Below are positions 58,975 to 64,000 of a DNA stretch of 64,000 bases, piece after piece. The notes beneath the pieces were generated by a model, which saw only the letters and a program-made list of their open reading frames with translations, was not told the origin of the DNA and ran no database searches. The translations under genes were made by a program, and so were the position numbers. The DNA lies in the NCBI GenBank assembly GCA_003327455.1, contig QOQU01000008.1, positions 68,661-132,660 of the forward strand. Reading direction: 5' to 3'. How positions within the stretch are numbered: position 1 is the stretch's first letter; each line of letters starts with the position of its first letter. Source of the DNA: Anaerolineae bacterium. Its GTDB lineage: Bacteria > Chloroflexota > Anaerolineae > Anaerolineales > UBA4823.

Positions 58975-59982
58975 ATGGATACCGTCAGCACACTCTCCAC
59001 TTACCTTCAGATCGAAGCCCTTGCGGACCCTCAACGTCTGACGATTCTCCAACATCTCATGGCAAGTCCCGCCACACTCACCCAATTAGCTCATCAACTT
59101 AACCATTCGCCAGCCTGGGTGCGTCACCATCTCAAACGGCTCGAAGAGGTGGGGTTGGTAGAGTTCCTCGAAACTCGTAAACGAGGCCGGCAAATTGAAC
59201 GTTATTACCGCGCTGTGGCTGGCGCCTTTTTGATCCAACAAATGGTTCTCCCGAAAACATCCAAACCGGTTATGATCTTTTCCGGTAGTGATGACTTTGC
59301 CTGGAAACTCTTAGCCGATTCCTTATCGACAACCTACCATATCCTGACTTTGCCGGTCGGTTCGCTGAACGGCTTGATCAATCTACGACAGGGTTTTTGT
59401 CAGATCTGCGGAAGCCACCTTTACGATGAGACCAGTGACGAATATAACCTGCCTGCGCTACGCCAGCTTTTTCCCGATCGTTCGCTCACCGTAATCACTC
59501 TTGCCCACCGCCTTCAAGGGTTAATCCTCAACCGCGGCAACCCAAAAGGGATTCACCACCTGACCGACCTGCTCCGACCTGAGGTGCGCCTGATTAATCG
59601 AAATCAAGGTTCAGGGACGCGCATCCGGTTGGAAAAAGCGTTTCATCAGGCCGGAATTGACCCCCATCAAGTTCAAGGTTTCGACCAGGAAGTCAACACC
59701 CATACACAAGCCGCTCAATGGGTCGCGACAGGAAAAGCTGATGTTGCCATCGGATTACAATCCGCAGCCGCCCACTATCAGCTTGATTTTATCCCGTTGT
59801 TCGAGGAGAGGTATGACCTGATCCTTGATGAGCGGTATCTTGCCGACTTATCAATGCTTACAGATTTCTTAGTCACTCAAACTTTCCGAAAACAGATCGC
59901 CCAACTGCCAGGCTACAGTTCTCGCCGCAGCGGGGATTATCTTCAGTTATCCCGTAGGCAAAGATACCTTCTCTCAAAATGA
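58975..59982 (+). CDS. Transcriptional regulator: ArsR-type winged HTH fused to a PBP-like (molybdate/tungstate-type) sensor domain
   Basis: N-terminus LADPQRLTILQHLMASPATLTQLAHQLNHSPAWVRHHLKRLEEVGLV. The C-terminal 230 aa resemble the PBP-like domain found in Mo/W-associated regulators (GSLNGLINLRQG...CGSHLYDE...EYN). Confidence 0.65.
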   Translation: MDTVSTLSTYLQIEALADPQRLTILQHLMASPATLTQLAHQLNHSPAWVRHHLKRLEEVGLVEFLETRKRGRQIERYYRAVAGAFLIQQMVLPKTSKPVMIFSGSDDFAWKLLADSLSTTYHILTLPVGSLNGLINLRQGFCQICGSHLYDETSDEYNLPALRQLFPDRSLTVITLAHRLQGLILNRGNPKGIHHLTDLLRPEVRLINRNQGSGTRIRLEKAFHQAGIDPHQVQGFDQEVNTHTQAAQWVATGKADVAIGLQSAAAHYQLDFIPLFEERYDLILDERYLADLSMLTDFLVTQTFRKQIAQLPGYSSRRSGDYLQLSRRQRYLLSK

Positions 59983-60094
59983 CAACGAGTAGAAGACGAT
60001 CTTCGTGATAAGAAGTTCCCAGAACACATAGAGATCAATAAGAAAAAGCCTGTACAACCAACAAGTTTGCAAACAATGAATAGGATAGGATTAA

Positions 60095-61672
60095 ATGATG
60101 ACGGAACAATTCAAATTGACTTATGCGACGATGTATAACCCACCCGAAGAGCTACATCTCCGTTTTGATGAAGCCTTGCAGCGAGTAAAGGCAAAACTGG
60201 GTAGGGAATATGGCTTTATCATCAACAATCAGGATCGTTTTACGGACGCCAAGGTCGAGGATCGCTCACCAATCAATCGAGACCTGATCTTGGGGATTTT
60301 TCAGAAAGGTGGGGTTGCAGAAGCCCACGAAGCCTTGCAGGCAGCGCGCACAGCTTTTCCAAAATGGAGCCGCCTGGACTGGAAAGAGCGGGTAAATTAT
60401 CTTCGCAAAGTTGCCGACCTGATCGATCAACGCACATTTGATATTGCAGCCGCTTTATGTCTGGAAGTTGGCAAAAACCGCATGGAAGCGCTTGGAGATG
60501 TTGCCGAAACGGCTGATCTCATCCGCTATGCCTGCGATCAGATGGAGAAAAATAACGGTTACATTGTTCAAATGGGCAGCGATCCACTGGTTGGGTACAA
60601 AGCGACCAATATTTCGGTTTTACGACCCTATGGCGTCTGGCTGGTCATCAGTCCCTTTAATTTTCCGAGCGCATTGAGTGGGGGACCGATGGGAGCAGCT
60701 TTAGTGACCGGCAATACGGTCGTGATCAAACCGGCTACCGATACGCCCTGGACGGTGCGTCTTTTAGTGGAGTGCTTCCGTGACGCCGGCTTACCAGAAG
60801 GGGTCTGCAATTATGTTACCGGACCAGGTAGCACGCTTGGGCAGGCGTTGATCGAAAGTGATCTGGTAGATGGAATTACGTTTACCGGTTCCTACGATGT
60901 AGGAATGAAAATTTATCGTGACTTTGCACAGGGGAAATATGTGCGCCCAATCATTCTGGAGTTAGGGGGTAAAAATCCAGCGATTGTCAGCCGCCATGCC
61001 GACCTGGAACGGGCGGCAATTGGGATCGTGCGCTCTGCATTTGGATTACAAGGGCAAAAGTGTTCAGCTTGCTCACGAGTTTATGTAGAAGAACCCATGT
61101 ATGAAGCGCTGGTCAATCGCCTGGTCGAATTGACTCAGAAGCTGGCGATCGGCGACCCAACCGATCGGAATGTTTATTTGGGACCGGTAATCAATCAAAA
61201 AGCCTATCAAGATTATCAGCATTATGCGGAGGAATTGTCGCAAGCCGGCACCATTTTGAGCGGTGGAAAAATCCTGAACGATGGGGATTACAGTAAAGGC
61301 TATTTTTGTAGTCCTACACTGGTAACCGATTTACCTTTAGAACATCGTCTCTGGAAGCATGAGATGTTCTTACCCATTACGACCATTGCCAAAGTCGCTA
61401 ATTTGGAACAGGCGATGCAACTGGCAAATGACGTGGATTACGGTCTTACGGCGGGCTTTTATGGCACAAAAGAAGAAGCAAAATGGTTCTTTGATAACAT
61501 CCAGGCTAGCGTCACCTATGCAAACCGTCCTCAGGGAGCTACAACTGGCGCATGGCCTGGCTATCAACCGTTTGGTGGATGGAAAGCCAGCGGCTCAACC
61601 GGTAAAAATGCCGGCGGAATTTATTACCTGCCACTCTATCTACATGAACAGATTCAAACTCTGGTGGAATGA
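60095..61672 (+). CDS. Aldehyde dehydrogenase family protein, likely 1-pyrroline-5-carboxylate (glutamate semialdehyde) dehydrogenase type
   Basis: 525 aa with FTGS, ELGGKNP and the catalytic GQKCSACSR motif. Length and N-terminus resemble standalone P5C dehydrogenases. Confidence 0.8.
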   Translation: MMTEQFKLTYATMYNPPEELHLRFDEALQRVKAKLGREYGFIINNQDRFTDAKVEDRSPINRDLILGIFQKGGVAEAHEALQAARTAFPKWSRLDWKERVNYLRKVADLIDQRTFDIAAALCLEVGKNRMEALGDVAETADLIRYACDQMEKNNGYIVQMGSDPLVGYKATNISVLRPYGVWLVISPFNFPSALSGGPMGAALVTGNTVVIKPATDTPWTVRLLVECFRDAGLPEGVCNYVTGPGSTLGQALIESDLVDGITFTGSYDVGMKIYRDFAQGKYVRPIILELGGKNPAIVSRHADLERAAIGIVRSAFGLQGQKCSACSRVYVEEPMYEALVNRLVELTQKLAIGDPTDRNVYLGPVINQKAYQDYQHYAEELSQAGTILSGGKILNDGDYSKGYFCSPTLVTDLPLEHRLWKHEMFLPITTIAKVANLEQAMQLANDVDYGLTAGFYGTKEEAKWFFDNIQASVTYANRPQGATTGAWPGYQPFGGWKASGSTGKNAGGIYYLPLYLHEQIQTLVE

Positions 61673-61766
61673 GAGAGAGCAAGCTTCTATAATGCCATTC
61701 TCTTTTTCTGAACTTTCCCTTTTGGGTTCCTCTAATATATTCAACAAAAAGGAGACTAGATAGATA

Positions 61767-62771
61767 ATGAACAACGACTTTATTTCCCCCCATCGTTTTA
61801 GTAAATCGACTCTCATTAAGTTGTTCGTATGCTTGTTGATAATCTGGCTTTTGAGCAGTTGTAGTTCGAGAACTTCACCCATCTCTTCTTCTCCGACCAC
61901 AACCGACTCATCAGTCACCAGCGCTACTCAAATAGCTCAAACGGATGTAAATCAGCCTGCTCCCACTATTGTCGTGACAGAGATGACTGAGAAGAGGGAA
62001 AATCAACATCTCATCCTGGCTACAACAACCTCCACTCAAGATTCAGGATTGCTCGATGTTCTGATCCCGCTGTTTGAATCTCAAAGTGGTTACGTAGTGA
62101 AAACAATTGCCGTCGGTACAGGGCAGGCAATCCAGATGGGAAAAGAAGGAAATGCAGATGTCCTCCTGGTTCACGACCCCTCTTCCGAAAAACAATTCAT
62201 GGAAGAAGGATATGGCAAAGATAGGGTTTTGATCATGCATAATGACTTCATTCTGGTCGGTCCTCCCGAAGATCCGGCAAATGTAAAGGGTAAAACCATC
62301 GGAGAAGCATTTCAAGCGATTGCCACAAAAAGAGCAATTTTCATCTCGCGGGGTGATGACTCCGGAACCCATAAAAAGGAATTAAGATTGTGGGGTAAGA
62401 ACCAGTTAGACCCACACGGACAATCGTGGTATGTTGAAACAGGCCAGGGTATGGGGGCCTCTCTGACCGTTGCATCCGAAAAATCGGCTTACATCCTGAC
62501 GGATCGGGCAACATTCCTCGCGTATCGAGGTAAAATTGATCTTCAAATAATGGTAGAAGGGGATGTGGACTTGTTGAATGTCTATCATGGAATAACCGTA
62601 AATCCCGACAGGTTTCCGGTTGTCAATTACGAAGCCTCTTTGGCTTTCCTCAACTTTTTAATCTCACCAGAAACTCAGCAAATCATTGGGGAGTTTGGTG
62701 TTCAGGAATATGGAGAACCCCTTTTTTTCCCCGATGCGGATAAAACAGACGCAGATTTTGGGTTAGAATAA
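61767..62771 (+). CDS. tupA: Tungstate ABC transporter substrate-binding lipoprotein
   Basis: Lipobox LLSSC. LILATTTSTQDSGLLDVLIPLFE matches the TupA-type TTTS...SGL oxyanion-binding signature. Confidence 0.8.
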   Translation: MNNDFISPHRFSKSTLIKLFVCLLIIWLLSSCSSRTSPISSSPTTTDSSVTSATQIAQTDVNQPAPTIVVTEMTEKRENQHLILATTTSTQDSGLLDVLIPLFESQSGYVVKTIAVGTGQAIQMGKEGNADVLLVHDPSSEKQFMEEGYGKDRVLIMHNDFILVGPPEDPANVKGKTIGEAFQAIATKRAIFISRGDDSGTHKKELRLWGKNQLDPHGQSWYVETGQGMGASLTVASEKSAYILTDRATFLAYRGKIDLQIMVEGDVDLLNVYHGITVNPDRFPVVNYEASLAFLNFLISPETQQIIGEFGVQEYGEPLFFPDADKTDADFGLE

Positions 62772-62789
62772 TAGACCTGCTGTGACGAT

Positions 62790-63446
62790 ATGGATCGAGA
62801 ATTAAGTGAAGTAGTTCAAATCACTCTTCTTTCCCTTCAAATCAGTGGTGCAGCAACAATCATCAGTTTACTGATCGGTCTGCCTCTGGGCACGTTCCTT
62901 GCTTTAAGTAATTTTATGGGGCGAAATAGCTTGCTGAGTCTGGTGAACACGGGCATGGGATTACCACCCGTTGTGGTTGGATTGGCTGTTGCTATGATAT
63001 TATGGCGCTCTGGACCACTTGGCAATCTCAACCTGATTTACACTCCGACTGCCATTGTGATTGCCCAGGTCATCATCGCCGCTCCGGTTGTCACGGGCTT
63101 AACCGCGGCTGCCTTACAGTCGCTGGATCCCCGCTTGCGCTTACAACTATTAGGCCTTGGTGCTTCTCGCTGGCAAATGGTGGGCGAACTCTGGCGAGAA
63201 GCTCGCCTGCCCCTGTTGGCAGCCCTTATGGCCGGGTTTGGATCTGTAATCTCTGAAATTGGAGCAAGTATGATGGTCGGTGGGAACATCCGTTATCAAA
63301 CGCGGGTTCTAACTACCGCTATTGTCTTAGAGACAAGTAAAGGAAATTTTGATGTTGCTATTCAACTTTCACTGCTACTTTTAGCTCTCACTTTTTCAGT
63401 CAATTATGCCCTGACGCGCATTCAACAACGCGGGGTTCGCCGATGA
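62790..63446 (+). CDS. tupB: Tungstate ABC transporter permease
   Basis: 218 aa five-TM permease directly after tupA. Confidence 0.8.
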   Translation: MDRELSEVVQITLLSLQISGAATIISLLIGLPLGTFLALSNFMGRNSLLSLVNTGMGLPPVVVGLAVAMILWRSGPLGNLNLIYTPTAIVIAQVIIAAPVVTGLTAAALQSLDPRLRLQLLGLGASRWQMVGELWREARLPLLAALMAGFGSVISEIGASMMVGGNIRYQTRVLTTAIVLETSKGNFDVAIQLSLLLLALTFSVNYALTRIQQRGVRR

Positions 63447-64000
63447 ACCTGGTAGAAATACGCCAGCTTTCACTATGGAGAGGGCAACAAGAGGTTTTAC
63501 GGGTTCCATCGCTTGATATTCGCAAAGGTGAAATCCTGGCAATTATCGGTCCGAATGGGGCAGGAAAATCTACCCTCTTACTTGCCTTGGCAGGATTAAT
63601 CCAACCTCACAGAGGGGACATCTATTTTGCTGGCAGGTCTCTCATGGAGTGGAAAGGACTGGATTACCGCCGACAGATTGCTCTTGTGCTCCAGGAGCCC
63701 CTTCTTTTTGATCGCACAGTTATAGACAATGTGATTCTAGGCTTGCGTTTTCGGGGCCTGAAGAAAGAAACGGCAATCCAATCGGCGCGAGAGTGGCTGG
63801 AGAGGTTGGGAATTACTCATCTCGACCGACGCCGCGCCCTTTCACTCTCAGGCGGGGAGGCTCAACGAGTCAGCCTGGCTCGGGCTTTCGTTTTACGACC
63901 TCAATTGCTATTACTGGATGAGCCTTTTTCATCTCTTGATCCGCCGACTCGTCTGGCATTACTTCAAGATTTGCGATCTCTATTGAAGCAGCATCAGTTT
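63443..64000 (+). CDS. tupC: Tungstate ABC transporter ATP-binding protein, N-terminal part (runs off the window)
   Basis: Hand-translated from ATG 63443 (ATGA overlap with tupB): MNLVEIRQLSLWRGQQ...[11 protein letters not shown]...LSGGEAQRVSLARA...LLLDEPFSSLD. There is no stop before the window end, so it is absent from the track. Confidence 0.8.
   Translation, partial: MNLVEIRQLSLWRGQQEVLRVPSLDIRKGEILAIIGPNGAGKSTLLLALAGLIQPHRGDIYFAGRSLMEWKGLDYRRQIALVLQEPLLFDRTVIDNVILGLRFRGLKKETAIQSAREWLERLGITHLDRRRALSLSGGEAQRVSLARAFVLRPQLLLLDEPFSSLDPPTRLALLQDLRSLLKQHQF

Overview
The window reads as a gene-dense bacterial chromosomal segment of about 55 protein genes with short intergenic spacers. I found no rRNA, tRNA, CRISPR array, transposase or integrase. 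Gene content and protein style suggest a Chloroflexota (Anaerolineae-like) organism, but that is inference only.

Ordinary content, in order:
- ccmB(partial)-ccmC-ccmD heme export and bioY.
- A secreted GH44-like glycosidase, an FGGY kinase and an SDR.
- radA convergent with gyrA.
- A GltD/SudA-like oxidoreductase and a DAO-type flavoprotein.
- ppa.
- A BMP-type (nucleoside-like) ABC importer with a CDA-fold deaminase.
- YceI, a PAS-PAS-GGDEF cyclase and an IMPase.
- A DeoR-controlled sugar/polyol locus: FGGY kinase, CUT1 permeases and binding protein, an SDR, a divergent BtpA/SgcQ gene and dhaK-dhaL-dhaM.
- hpt and trxA.
- fur-family-cbiM-cbiQ-cbiO.
- A TPP riboswitch controlling a TENA/PQQC-type gene.
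- cutA, a PatB/MalY-type lyase and a MacA/MacB-type efflux trio.
- A GxxExxY gene embedded in repeats.
- ROK glucokinase, an HTH-PBP regulator, an aldehyde dehydrogenase and tupABC (tupC runs off the window end).

The least explained part is 14.1-25.4 kb. It holds a 4x SdrD-B/GEVED surface protein followed by an untracked 39-codon ORF that has a perfect SD and its own terminator. It also holds a block of four exported proteins of unknown role (LamG, two PQQ-like propellers, CBM9-like/DNRLRE). These share a (Y/W)LP(L/V)(I/V) pentapeptide placed either just after the signal peptide or at the extreme C-terminus. One propeller gene is split by a single in-frame TAG.

All family calls come from motif recognition by eye. 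No database search or computation was run.
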